A DNA stretch of 64,000 nt from a virus, in the IMG/VR virus record IMGVR_UViG_3300033978_000437. The stretch is one strand, 5' to 3'. Both the position numbers and the translations under genes were made by a program. The notes beneath the pieces were generated by a model, which ran no database searches, had not been told where the DNA came from, and saw nothing but the letters and a program-made list of their open reading frames with translations. Below, piece after piece: positions 19,680 through 30,600 of the stretch. Position 1 is the stretch's first letter. Every line of letters starts with the position of its first letter.

Positions 19680-20189
19680 TTACTTTGATAAGGCCGAAAA
19701 GCTAGCGTATATGCGTGCTTTCCATTTAATAAACCAGCGTTGCCATCTGGACATACCAGCGTACTTACGAAAACGTTCAGCATGTTTCATTAAATCACCA
19801 ATGGTCTGCATTGGACCTTCACTGGCAATCGTGGCTTCTCTTATGCCTGCATAATGTAGCCCAGCATAACATGTACCAATCATAGCTAGAACAGCTACTT
19901 GAGCTCCTGGTTTACATTGGAAGAACTTGCTCTGAGCTAAGCTTTCAAACATAGACAAAGTGGGAAAATCAACAGCATTGGCTAGATAACTGCAATAAGC
20001 TCCACAAGCTTCGCCTAAATCGTCCATACTTACTTTTTCTCGCCGAAGTATTTCTTCCAGCTCGGGCCAACTTTGGTCTTCTAGTCTAGCTGCTACTAGC
20101 TCCATAACTTGTTGAAAATTATGAGCAACATCTCTACTTGGGTTATAAAGTCGGCGATCTTCTGCACTCATTCTAGCTTGTAGTGTCAT
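19680..20189 (-). CDS. Hypothetical protein
   Basis: 169 aa, ATGA-coupled to the upstream gene. Confidence 0.7.
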   Translation of the reverse strand: MTLQARMSAEDRRLYNPSRDVAHNFQQVMELVAARLEDQSWPELEEILRREKVSMDDLGEACGAYCSYLANAVDFPTLSMFESLAQSKFFQCKPGAQVAVLAMIGTCYAGLHYAGIREATIASEGPMQTIGDLMKHAERFRKYAGMSRWQRWFIKWKARIYASFSALSK

Positions 20190-21100
20190 GACTTCCTTTC
20201 AGCATCTGCACATGCGATACATACCCCAATATGATCCATTTCTGCAGGATTCAAAAAACTTAACTGGTTACACCTTTTACACTTACCCTTTTTATAAGTT
20301 AATAGATGCGTTGCCAAAGGACAATTATCTGTACCATAAGGGCAACGAAAACATTCGTGTGTCTCTGGAAATCCTTTCAAACACGGTGTCTGACTTCTAT
20401 CTCTCGCCACAATCAGTTGACGATTGTGCGTCATTGTAGCATGACTGTGTCCAATTTCTATTACAAAAGGGTCTTGCTGCGAGCGTTTTGGGTCAAGTAA
20501 TAGAAAACATTGCAACCCATAAAATTGTTGGACATCAAAATATAAACCTTGGCTGCGTTGCTCTCCTCTACTATTTATGCGAGATCTATTAAACCCAAAC
20601 CCTAACCCTTTGGCATTACGATAAGTTGCCAGATACTGCGTCTTTTTTAAAGACCAAGTTTGCGTTAACTTCTTAGGAACTACAGTCCCTGCTAAACTTT
20701 GAAAAGTAAACGCATTTACAAACTGTTTACCTTGCCTATGTGTGTATACATCACATATGCGTGCTGGCACCCATTCAAAACAAATTTGACGTAGCCACTG
20801 CGTAACCGGTCGCTGACAAGCTAAAGCGGGTAGATTCCCAGCCATACGCCAGCAAGTGGCTACTAATAACTGGCGAGTCAACTCTCTGCCGACTAAGCTT
20901 TTCACGCTTGCATGCACTGTAGCTTTAACAATGTTATTCGGTAAAGCAGTATGCAGCTGGGATACAAAAGATGCAAAATTAGTACCTACTAGTGTAGTAC
21001 CTATAAATGGGGCTAAAGTTCCAACTAATCTATCTCTAGCCGCCAATACTCGTTTGATTGACATCTCCGGTAAAGGAGGATGTACTTCTGCAATAGTCAT
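20186..21100 (-). CDS. Hypothetical protein with Cys-rich C-terminus
   Basis: C..CFRC..C, CKRC, CIAC. Confidence 0.7.
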   Translation of the reverse strand: MTIAEVHPPLPEMSIKRVLAARDRLVGTLAPFIGTTLVGTNFASFVSQLHTALPNNIVKATVHASVKSLVGRELTRQLLVATCWRMAGNLPALACQRPVTQWLRQICFEWVPARICDVYTHRQGKQFVNAFTFQSLAGTVVPKKLTQTWSLKKTQYLATYRNAKGLGFGFNRSRINSRGEQRSQGLYFDVQQFYGLQCFLLLDPKRSQQDPFVIEIGHSHATMTHNRQLIVARDRSQTPCLKGFPETHECFRCPYGTDNCPLATHLLTYKKGKCKRCNQLSFLNPAEMDHIGVCIACADAERKS

Positions 21101-21915
21101 TCAACCCCTCCATTTTCGTATCTAGTTATTTTTAAATTAAATACTTGATGTTCAAGTGATGGAGTAACATTCCCATCTTTCCAAAGAGTTTGTTCAGAGG
21201 TTTTACCTATCCCTCGTCTACCATTTCTACCCCCTACATTGATCCTAACTACTGCGTTTAATTTTATGTAACTTTTAAGACAACTATCGCAACAGCATTG
21301 TACTCCTTTGTGAAACTCACCTACGCTGCCACCTTGCTGCCTTATCAACTCTCCTAAAATAGAATCACCACCATTGTGATATAAGTCTGCAAAAGGATAA
21401 TCCCATTTAGCTAAAAAAGCAGTATCCGCAACCCACCAACCACCTGTGGCAAATAAAAAAAAGCTACGGTTATTAAATGGTTTTCCTGTAAACCAAGGTT
21501 GTTTAACAATTACTTCATGCTGCCGGCCTTGTTGCAACATTCTATGTAAAGATCCAACTTGAGTATATTGCTGACTCATCGCTAAAGCCTTATCCCACCA
21601 ATCCGTGTAAGTTGCGTCTAAAAAACTATCGTCGTCAAACCACATTGTTTTAGCTGCTAACTGTCTATCTTTAAACATCTGTCGCATCAAAGGATACTTG
21701 CCTAGGTTTTTGCCATTCTCTTCTTCATAGAGATAAACAGGACAGCTACGCATTTGTTTTGTTGCCCAGCCTTCTACATACTCCTTAGTTTCTTTGCTAA
21801 CTTCATTTAAACCGATACGAATATCTTGTATATGTGCGGTATATCTAAAAGAACTTAACAAATCCTTCGCCAGATTAAGGTAGTCTCCATACAAGAGTGC
21901 GCACACAGAAAACAT
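21097..21915 (-). CDS. Putative GT-A glycosyltransferase-like protein
   Basis: KYPLMRQM, MWFDDDS (DxD), FATGGWW, HNGGD. Confidence 0.45.
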   Translation of the reverse strand: MFSVCALLYGDYLNLAKDLLSSFRYTAHIQDIRIGLNEVSKETKEYVEGWATKQMRSCPVYLYEEENGKNLGKYPLMRQMFKDRQLAAKTMWFDDDSFLDATYTDWWDKALAMSQQYTQVGSLHRMLQQGRQHEVIVKQPWFTGKPFNNRSFFLFATGGWWVADTAFLAKWDYPFADLYHNGGDSILGELIRQQGGSVGEFHKGVQCCCDSCLKSYIKLNAVVRINVGGRNGRRGIGKTSEQTLWKDGNVTPSLEHQVFNLKITRYENGGVE

Positions 21916-21940
21916 AAAATAACTCCTTTTGATGATAGCT

Positions 21941-21984
21941 AAAAAAAAGGCCCACAGTTGTTATTACTGTGGGCCTTTTATTTT
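21941..21984. terminator. Bidirectional intrinsic terminator
   Basis: AAAAGGCCCACAG / CTGTGGGCCTTTT 13-bp stem with A/T tracts on both sides, intergenic. Confidence 0.8.
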
Positions 21985-21992
21985 AATTAATG

Positions 21993-22949
21993 TTAGCGGG
22001 GGGACCGTCCTCGTAATTGTTTCTTCGTTGTAATAGGAGGCTCATCAAATTCATCAATCATTTGAATCGTTTCAGGTAACTCTGGAAGTTCTTCAACTGA
22101 CTTCTTAGCAGCTGAAGCCATTACATTCTTATTTAGTGGCAGTTGAGCTTGTTTAATCAAAACACTCTGGGAACGCTCAAGCACTTTGGAAAGCTTTTCC
22201 ATTGTGCTTACTAATTGGTTTTTGGTTCTACCAATCCGCTCCATGGTGTTTTTGATGTTGCTCACAAACTGCTCAGACACATCTTGTGGAGGCATTTCCA
22301 TAAACATACCATCAAGAGGCTCTGCCACTGCTTCCAAGTAGTTGTCAGCTAATTGGATAGTGGTGTAAATCTTCTGAAGCATCGCAACAGGGGTCTTTGG
22401 CAGCTTAGGCTTTCGACCACCAGCCCTCTTTACTTCAGCTTCCTTATTGCCTTGCAACTCTAAGGCTAGCTCATTTGCGGATAAGCATTCCCTACGCACT
22501 TGCTTAAGCAATGCCAACTGTCGCTTTTCAGAGCTAACCTTTTGCAATTCCTTAAAGTGATTCCACGTCAGATAGCCACCATTGGACATCTTCTCTTCAA
22601 CCTGTGCTTTAACAAAATCACGGGTAAAAGCAGCCGAGACATTACACAGATCATAAATCGTAGCTGGAGTTAAATTAGGCAAGTTCCAATACGCTGCTAA
22701 CTTTCGTATCTCAATCTTTTTCTGTGCTTCATTCAAATGCTCTTGATTAAGCAAATTTAAGCATGATGTGCCAATATCATGCTGCACTAACAGTGCAACT
22801 TGAAATCCTACTTGAAGCTTTTTCCCAACTTCTAAAGCAATCGCTTGTGTCGTGGGGTCCATTTCCGAGAAAATGGCTTCTCTATCTTCCTGCTTCTTAA
22901 CGTCTAACCTTGCTACCTTGTTTGGTGTCACTGATTTTGTCTTACTCAT
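21993..22949 (-). CDS. Hypothetical helical, probably DNA-binding protein
   Basis: 318 aa; LTWNHFKEL..KRQLALL..LSANEL resembles ParB-like helical regions; weak. Confidence 0.55.
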   Translation of the reverse strand: MSKTKSVTPNKVARLDVKKQEDREAIFSEMDPTTQAIALEVGKKLQVGFQVALLVQHDIGTSCLNLLNQEHLNEAQKKIEIRKLAAYWNLPNLTPATIYDLCNVSAAFTRDFVKAQVEEKMSNGGYLTWNHFKELQKVSSEKRQLALLKQVRRECLSANELALELQGNKEAEVKRAGGRKPKLPKTPVAMLQKIYTTIQLADNYLEAVAEPLDGMFMEMPPQDVSEQFVSNIKNTMERIGRTKNQLVSTMEKLSKVLERSQSVLIKQAQLPLNKNVMASAAKKSVEELPELPETIQMIDEFDEPPITTKKQLRGRSPR

Positions 22950-22961
22950 AGTTCGTTCCTT

Positions 22962-22975
22962 AAAATCTGGATTTT
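22962..22975. promoter_or_regulatory. Dyad motif AAAATCCRGATTTT copy
   Basis: Intergenic, abuts the AAGGA RBS of the 22949 gene. Confidence 0.55.
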
Positions 22976-22979
22976 AAAA

Positions 22980-23534
22980 TTATTCTTTCCATGCGAGAAC
23001 ATCTCGTACATGGTCGATGAATCCACTGTACGGCTGTACAATTAGATTCATCTCTCTTTTTTTACCGCTTTTAAATACATGACAACTGGCTTGCAGCGGT
23101 GCGAACAATTCCCAGTCACCATTATGAATCAACAATCCTTGTAAGAAACCCTTCCTTGGGAACACCATACCAATAGGGCGATCTGGATACTTTGCTAACA
23201 AAGGTTCCAGTTGTTCTTCGTAGCGTTCCACAAAGGGAAGCCCACGAAAAGCTTTAAACCAAAAAGGATGAATAGTTCTAGGGTCCCGATGAATTGGAGG
23301 AACATTTAATAACGGTTCCGCAAATAGGTACATCGGAAAGTTAACTACTCGATTATACGCTTCAAAAGAGTAGTAAGGTCCTAGCTCTAGAATTTCTTTT
23401 CGTTTCTTTTCTAACTTCAGTCTGCGTAAAGTCCATTCTACTCGATTGGATTCCCATTGTTTACCATGTGTATCCACATGCTCAAACTTAGCGATTTTGC
23501 TGAGCAGTGGATTTAATGGGTTTATCTTATCCAT
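22980..23534 (-). CDS. Hypothetical protein
   Basis: 184-aa ORF. Confidence 0.7.
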   Translation of the reverse strand: MDKINPLNPLLSKIAKFEHVDTHGKQWESNRVEWTLRRLKLEKKRKEILELGPYYSFEAYNRVVNFPMYLFAEPLLNVPPIHRDPRTIHPFWFKAFRGLPFVERYEEQLEPLLAKYPDRPIGMVFPRKGFLQGLLIHNGDWELFAPLQASCHVFKSGKKREMNLIVQPYSGFIDHVRDVLAWKE

Positions 23535-23537
23535 GGG

Positions 23538-25001
23538 TTACTCCGCTGATTTTATGTGTTTAGCCACAATCTCATCATACGGCCTATCCAGCTGGTATCT
23601 GCGTTTAATATTCAACGCATCCCGAATGCCTTCGCATACCTTAGGGTTATCTTGAATAAGTTGCCCTACTTCTTGAAAGGGCAAATATTCATCTTTACCC
23701 ATACCTATAGCTCTGAAGTTTGCTAAACATTCCACATCAGCAGCTGGTGATTTACATTTAATTACTAATTCACGATCCGTCAACCTTACCTTATGAATTC
23801 CATCCATCTCATTCAGCAAGGTACATAGGGCCCAATTCCAGTCCCACAAGAACATGTCACGAGGGTGACCTGTCTCGGGTTCATCTTCGATCCACCAGAG
23901 AAACCTAGTTTTAAGAACACGACCTGTAGGACCAAATGAGTTTTTAGCACAATGGATTTTAATGCCTAACCCTTCAAACTGTGCGTTTTTAAACTTAGAT
24001 TTCCACACCGAATTTCGAAGCTCAAAGCTTTCATGAAAGTTAAAGCTTTGCCCACCCAGCGTGTATTGATGGGCATTACCTCGGTCATCTGTCTTTTCCT
24101 TGAGATGATTAACAATCAAAAGAGTGAAAGGCCAGTTCTCAAACTGTTTTTTGATGCCAGTCAAATAGTGCGTGTTCTTCAATGCATTGATTGGATGAGT
24201 TCGATTCGCATTACCTTCCTTAATAATCTTCTCTTGAATCTCTTCTGAGGTTGCCCCCGCAAGAGAATCGATACAAAAGCAACATGGGATGGTTTTGCCT
24301 GGGCCAGGCTCAGTAGCCGTACCTACCAGCATTTGCTGCACTTCTCTTAGATAATGCGTGAGGATCTGCTGCATCTGCTCTACAGAGTTTGCTCGGTTAG
24401 ACAAAATCGGAATAGCATCTCGTTCTACCCGCATGATGTCGCATGCAAAATCTGCATCAAATTTATCCTCGGTATCGATATGTACCGCTAAACCTCGTTG
24501 CTCGTAGAACCAGCGAAAGAACTCATAAGCCAACGCAGACTTACAGCTACCCCAGCTACCTGCAAGCATCATCACACTTGACAATGGGAACACATCATTA
24601 GCAATCAAGTATTCAAATGCCAGTGAAGGAGTAGGAATACCAATTGCAAGTTGTCCTAACTCTTCTCGTGAACCGAACACTCGATCTGCCCCAAACTTAT
24701 CTCGAGCAGTTGAGAACAATGTGTTCATCATCTCATTACGGCTTTCCCCGCTCTTCTCTCTAGACCAGCGTGCTCGTAAAGTGTCTTTACCTTTATTAGT
24801 TAACTTAACCCCACCCGACAAACCTATAATCTTTTTCTTAGATTCAAGTATGTGAGCCATCTTGTGAGGGGGAGGAGCAACGACTTTGGCTTCAGTTGGT
24901 TTTTCTTTAGGTTTAGGTTTAGGTTTAACTTTTGAGTGCTCTGCAACTGGCGGATTTAAAACTGAATCTAGCAAGTCATCTGTCTCATCTGACATAACCA
25001 C
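23538..25001 (-). CDS. RecA/UvsX-like recombinase
   Basis: AGSWGSCKS, IDTE, CIDSLAG, IVNHLK, GGQSFNF, KNSFGP. Confidence 0.85.
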   Translation of the reverse strand: MVMSDETDDLLDSVLNPPVAEHSKVKPKPKPKEKPTEAKVVAPPPHKMAHILESKKKIIGLSGGVKLTNKGKDTLRARWSREKSGESRNEMMNTLFSTARDKFGADRVFGSREELGQLAIGIPTPSLAFEYLIANDVFPLSSVMMLAGSWGSCKSALAYEFFRWFYEQRGLAVHIDTEDKFDADFACDIMRVERDAIPILSNRANSVEQMQQILTHYLREVQQMLVGTATEPGPGKTIPCCFCIDSLAGATSEEIQEKIIKEGNANRTHPINALKNTHYLTGIKKQFENWPFTLLIVNHLKEKTDDRGNAHQYTLGGQSFNFHESFELRNSVWKSKFKNAQFEGLGIKIHCAKNSFGPTGRVLKTRFLWWIEDEPETGHPRDMFLWDWNWALCTLLNEMDGIHKVRLTDRELVIKCKSPAADVECLANFRAIGMGKDEYLPFQEVGQLIQDNPKVCEGIRDALNIKRRYQLDRPYDEIVAKHIKSAE

Positions 25002-25077
25002 TCCTCAGATTAAATTACATAGAAAATAAGAGTGAGGCTGATAACCCCACTCTTATTGAAATTAACAGTAGTGCCAA

Positions 25078-26928
25078 TTAACGTGGACGCTTTTTCTTAA
25101 CAGGAGAAGGAGCGGGTGCTTCTTCTTTTGCTGGAATAGGCGCAACTCGTTTACGGCTTCGAGCCAGTCCTTTCGCTTTGGCCAAGCTGTTGTTCAGCTG
25201 GTCATTTAGCGTTTCGCTGGCTTCTTCGTCTTCATCGAAGTCTTTGGACTTGCTGTTTTCTTCGTCTTCGTCAACGAAGTCGTCATCGTCTTCGCTGTCT
25301 TCGTCTTCGCCGTCTTCTTCGGGGTCAGCTTCTTCGCTGTCGTCGTCTTCTTCAAGCTCGTCTTCGTCGAATTCTTCGTCACCGAAGTCTTCTTCTTTGG
25401 ACTTACTTTTGCTGACTTTCGCATTCCCGTTAGATCCGTTGTCAAACTCATCATCAGACTCCTCGTCATCCAACTTATCCTCGTCGAGTTCTTCATCAAA
25501 CTCATCTACGAGTTCTACTGCGGACTTTTTGCCACTGGATGGTTTAGCAAGGTTAGGGCTGTTGGTAACGCCCGCCTTGGCTGCAACCACCTTTGGTTTA
25601 GCCACAGGATTAACCTTTGGATAAACCGGCAATTCCTCCTCACTATCCTCCTCGACCGCAGCAGCAACCCCCGAGGTCACTACACGGTTGTTTAGGATGG
25701 CAGCTACCGCATCGTAATTTAAATACTCTGGGTGGCTCATCCAACCAAACTCAAGGAGTCGGGGTATTTGTCGAAATGCTTTCGCAATCAACACGCACCT
25801 TTCTTCAATCGTTGGCTCATGCAGCAGATAAGAATCAGCAGGGTCACCTGCATTTTCTTTCCACAAGAACACATTCTTACTAAGAATGTGATCCACTTGC
25901 TCACTGTTCAAGTCTGGAGTCAAAACTCCAGTAGGACCTGAATACTTCGTGGACACTGCTGCTTCGTATTCCACAGCCATCTTGCTGGTTGCACCACCTG
26001 CAAATGTACTGTGCTTTTCTATTACTGTTTGAGTAGGGTTATAAATCGTAAAGAATAACCCACCTTTAACAGTTCCTGTTTTAGCATCAAAGATGCCAGT
26101 AGGATCACCATACTTAAATGGAAGGGAAGGATTTGCTAGTTCATCCCCTGTCCAGTCTTGTTTTTCAATACAGCAAAGCTTCAGTAGGTTTCTACCGGCA
26201 GACACAGACAAGGGGAGCACAACCAGTGGATCATTCTCGCCTTCGCCTAATGGTATCCCATTTCTTGGGATATCTTTTGACACTTCCTTGCCTTGTTGCT
26301 TGTACGAGATGTGTTCTCGTAAAAGGTCAAGCGAATCACCATTCTCGTACACAGAAGCAATTACAAAGTACTTCTGAGTGAAAGCCCCAAGTGCTGGCAT
26401 TTTAGCACTCATTAAGCCATTCCAACGAGGATCGTAAACACCACCATAGCCAAAGTCTTTACCTTCAAATGCCTTCTTTACTGTCATGTAAAGCTTTACA
26501 TATGGCTCGTTCCAGAAAGTTACACCTTCGTAAACAGAACTCTTATTTCTCGCAATGATGTAACTGCATTGTTGAAACTCTCCATTACCACCGAAGTGTG
26601 GAGTGTCTCTTTTAATACCAGCATACTGGATAGTGTAAGCAGGTTCTGATATAGACATACCACCAAGTCCCGCCATATCAATGGCAGATAGCCTACCATT
26701 CAACAGCTTGTTACTTGGATCTTCTGGATCCAACATAGGCCACACACGCAACACTGTTTTGCCACCGGTGTAGCAGCGCAAATTCTCAAGTCTCACACTG
26801 GTAAGACTTGGATTGATGCACACATTACCCATAGGAACTCCCCTACGAGTTGTGTCTTCCTTGGCAGGATCCATCTGCCTATTTAAGGAAGCTAAGGTGC
26901 GGGGAACTAACGATCTTTGCTTACGCAT
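25078..26928 (-). CDS. Putative single-stranded DNA-binding protein with long acidic tail
   Basis: LRVWP motif, ~100-aa D/E-rich C-terminal region, position beside the recombinase; inference. Confidence 0.4.
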   Translation of the reverse strand: MRKQRSLVPRTLASLNRQMDPAKEDTTRRGVPMGNVCINPSLTSVRLENLRCYTGGKTVLRVWPMLDPEDPSNKLLNGRLSAIDMAGLGGMSISEPAYTIQYAGIKRDTPHFGGNGEFQQCSYIIARNKSSVYEGVTFWNEPYVKLYMTVKKAFEGKDFGYGGVYDPRWNGLMSAKMPALGAFTQKYFVIASVYENGDSLDLLREHISYKQQGKEVSKDIPRNGIPLGEGENDPLVVLPLSVSAGRNLLKLCCIEKQDWTGDELANPSLPFKYGDPTGIFDAKTGTVKGGLFFTIYNPTQTVIEKHSTFAGGATSKMAVEYEAAVSTKYSGPTGVLTPDLNSEQVDHILSKNVFLWKENAGDPADSYLLHEPTIEERCVLIAKAFRQIPRLLEFGWMSHPEYLNYDAVAAILNNRVVTSGVAAAVEEDSEEELPVYPKVNPVAKPKVVAAKAGVTNSPNLAKPSSGKKSAVELVDEFDEELDEDKLDDEESDDEFDNGSNGNAKVSKSKSKEEDFGDEEFDEDELEEDDDSEEADPEEDGEDEDSEDDDDFVDEDEENSKSKDFDEDEEASETLNDQLNNSLAKAKGLARSRKRVAPIPAKEEAPAPSPVKKKRPR

Positions 26929-27604
26929 TTGTAAAACCTTTCAAAAGGGAAACAACACGGGTGTGTATCTCATTGCCAATTACCGCAATTGACAAAAGTT
27001 GAGAACCACCCATACAGTCAACTATCTCAAACCTAGTCTTCGGATGATAATCCATTAAATCCGATGTGTAGAAAGATCTAACTTTCTCTAGATACACTTC
27101 ATCTTCTTCGTGAAGATCTTTCGGTTTAGCAGTGTAACCACGGACATTTTTTTGTGCAATGTTTTTAATTGCAAAAGATGTGGGAACATCCAAAAAAAAC
27201 ATTACATCTGGAACTGGCATCTGCCATAAGCCATATTCCAATTTAACAAAATGCTTGATTAGTTCATCTCGTTCTCCTTCCTCCGTTTTCATTGCGGAAT
27301 AACACAATGCTGAAGGTATGTAACGATCTGCAATAACCACATCGTTGTTTTTAATTAACGATTCTAGGTATGATTTAGATTCGTAGCGGTCAATGGAAAA
27401 TAAAGTGCTGTGTAGGTAAGGATGTGTGTTTTTTCCAAAATCACCATTCAGATACCGACCTACTAACTTTCCATAAAGAGTATCTGTGTACCTAGGAAAA
27501 CTAATCGTTTCAACAGTCAAGCCTACTTCCTGCAAGCTTGACTGCAATGCCTTGGTTACAGAACCCTTGCCCGATCCATCAATGCCTTCGATTACGACAA
27601 ACAT
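26921..27604 (-). CDS. tmk: Thymidylate kinase
   Basis: IEGIDGSGKG, SFPRY, IADRY, FFLDVP. Confidence 0.9.
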   Translation of the reverse strand: MFVVIEGIDGSGKGSVTKALQSSLQEVGLTVETISFPRYTDTLYGKLVGRYLNGDFGKNTHPYLHSTLFSIDRYESKSYLESLIKNNDVVIADRYIPSALCYSAMKTEEGERDELIKHFVKLEYGLWQMPVPDVMFFLDVPTSFAIKNIAQKNVRGYTAKPKDLHEEDEVYLEKVRSFYTSDLMDYHPKTRFEIVDCMGGSQLLSIAVIGNEIHTRVVSLLKGFTNA

Positions 27605-27620
27605 TACAATACTCTTTTAT

Positions 27621-30600
27621 TTAATCAGGTTTACTGTAATTGACAACACAACTTTCAACTCCACCAACTCCAACCGGCAATCCAAGTTCTCGAGCCTCTG
27701 CTGCTGTTAAAAGTTCACCCCAATGCTTTACCACTTCCATTTCAATGCCCAGATAATAGGGACCAGCTCCAGTAGGTAGCCCATCTAAACTAGAAGGGTA
27801 GATTGGAACTGCATCACGCATAAAAGTCGGCAAAACATATTCACACACATGCTTAACATGTTCGTAAGGAACTTCAAGCAACACGGCATCGTGAATTTGC
27901 AACAAGACTTTGAATAGGTCTCGTCCTTGCTTCAACTGCTTTTCCTTGTAATCGTGGATATAAGCTAAAGCACGGCTGACCGCTGATGCAATCATGGATT
28001 GAATCGGGTAGTTCATGGCTTGTCTTTCAAACTCACCCGCCAACCCTCGGTCAAAGTTGGCATCTGGAAATCTACGAAACCTACCATAGCAATTGCATAA
28101 GTAACGACCAGCCACTGTAGTGCCGGTCAGTGGGTCTATGTAGTCTCCAGTTGCACGCTGTTTGCATTCGTTGAAAAACGGACTTAACCTTGGATACATT
28201 AGAAAAATTGCATCGATGACTGCTTGTGCTTCATCTACTTCAATTTCGATACCTTGTTCTTTTGCTGCGATAGCAATTGCTTTAGGACCTCGACCATAGG
28301 CAATACCGAAGATTACAGATTTGGCCACGATCCTAATATGCTTCTTGCCGATAGCGGCTAACCCGCTTTTTGTCGGAGGACAAGTTAGTTTAAATGCAAA
28401 ACAAGCTACTTGACTGTGTATGTCATAGTAATCTGGATGAGTTTCAGGCAGTTGATTTCGCAACGCATGTTTAATCATATTTTCGTCACCAGACATAACC
28501 GCCATACCAAATAGCTCTGCACCTACATAATCTGCCTCTACCATCACATGACCAGGTGAAGCCTTTAAAACACTACGCAAAGTGTATTTGTAATCTTCAG
28601 CCCCAAGTAATCGTTTGTAGTCGGGATCTCTCTGCTTACTAATATTTTGTAAGTTAGGGCGAGCACTAGACCACCTTCCAGTTTCCTTGGTTTGATAGAC
28701 ATGAGTACGAACTTTGCCATCGTCACAGCATAAAGAAGCAAGACCATCATCATACTCTAGGTTGCCGTCATCATCGTACATGGACTCTTCTGTTGCATCA
28801 TCACACGCTGGAGGATGTAACACAGTCTTAAGCACTTGATCTAAAAAGCGGTAATCACGCAGCTGATTTATTAGCTTTGCTTTACCCTCGTTAGTAGTTG
28901 ATTGAGCTAACAGAGATAAAATCAGTTTGTTAGTAGACGGAGCATGCTCCGCCATCCTACCTGACTTTTTAACTTCACTCCATGGCTTGGGTGGTTTACT
29001 TGTGTCAAACAATGGATCTAAGTTTAAGCTAACTGCACCCTCTGGTCGCAATCTTATTACATCTCCAGTCTTCTTATCTTTCTTACCATTAAGAAGATGA
29101 CCATAAAGTAATTCTCGCACATGCTGTGTAGACCTAATGTTAAACTCAGGCCACTTGATTTCTGTGCGTATCTTTACTTCAAGTGTATTCTTTGCGTTCA
29201 TAAATCGCTTGGTTAAAAAATCAATACGATCTTTGTCCACAGTAATTCCGGTGCGATGTATCTCCAACACTGCAGGAGTTGCTATTTGAGATTCCCAGAA
29301 TGCTTCTCGACAGTTATTACCTTCGTAATCCTCGTCAAGTAACACAGCTAGTTTGTAAAACAAACGCAAAGTAACATCAGCATCGTACATACCATAAGGC
29401 AGCAAAATTTCATCGGGACATTCACCATATCCGTCTAGATCCGCATTCATTATACCTTTTGATTTGCAGTAAGATATCTTCCAATGCTGCAACTCTTTAT
29501 CATATCTCGGTGCAGAAGTATAACGCATTGCCAGAGTTTCCAGCTTATAGCTAGCTGTCTCCTCAATAGCATGTGTCATCAAACCTGTATCTGCACCGCC
29601 CTCAAACTTAGTGCGATACCACGCAGGTACTATTTCTTCTTCTGTAAACCCTTCTTTCTGATAAAGTTTAAACAACTTCTTATCCGCATTTTCTGCCTTC
29701 ATCTCGTAGTCAAACAATTGGCAAGAGAAACAAGCTTGGATGTTGATTCCATAATCTAACAACCACTCTAAGTCTGCATTGAAGAAATGACCAACAACTC
29801 GTTTACGCCTAAACTTAATTTCTTTGATCTCTTCGGCATCTTTGTATTTAAAGACACCACCAAGAAAGAACATGTTTAGAAGTTTAAGAGTTTTGTCGGG
29901 TAACTGCCTTGCTCTGCTAGTAGCAAAACCGGGAGTCATCTCACCCCCAGCCTCGTGAAACTTGATACCAAGTGCTTTCTTCTCGTACCAAGAAATCTGC
30001 ATAGTTCGCATGTAAGCATTTTTATTAATAGGATGCTTTCCATGCCACTCTGCATCTACTGCAATCAAGCTGTCTCTCTTGTCCTCGTCCTTCTCAATGC
30101 TGATGAGTTGTTGTAATAAATCCCAATGGTTGTCCACCACTCTATGATCTATTACTTCTGAAGCTCCAATCGTTACTCCCTTAGTTAAAGCGATGAAACG
30201 AGATATTCCGTTTTCTAACTGCCTACCCGCAGATTGATCTCGAAGCACTTGTCTAGGGTGAACTACAGTCATGACCTGTGCTTCTTTCCAATGCTGCTCT
30301 TGGTCTCTAGCAGTAAAGGCAACATTGTAGCGTAGTTTTTCTACTCTACCTTCCATCTCGCCTACACCCGCCGTACCTCCAAGCAAAGCTTTACTAACAT
30401 CGGCACCTAGACAAAGAATGTACTTGGGCTGCACAATCTTTATCTCTTGATAGAGCAGATGCATACAGTCTTTAATCCAGACTGCTTTCAATGTAGTTTT
30501 GTAATCTGGAGGACAAAATTTAACTAAATTCGTTACATAAAATTTAGTTAAATTAAAAGCTTTTAACTTACGGAATGTTTCAATCAATAAGGAACCATCT

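Noticed and set aside
25178-25624. Ser-rich plus-strand ORF 25178-25624 and Thr/Lys-rich 25206-25505
   Set aside because: Shadow frames of the acidic tail of 25078-26928
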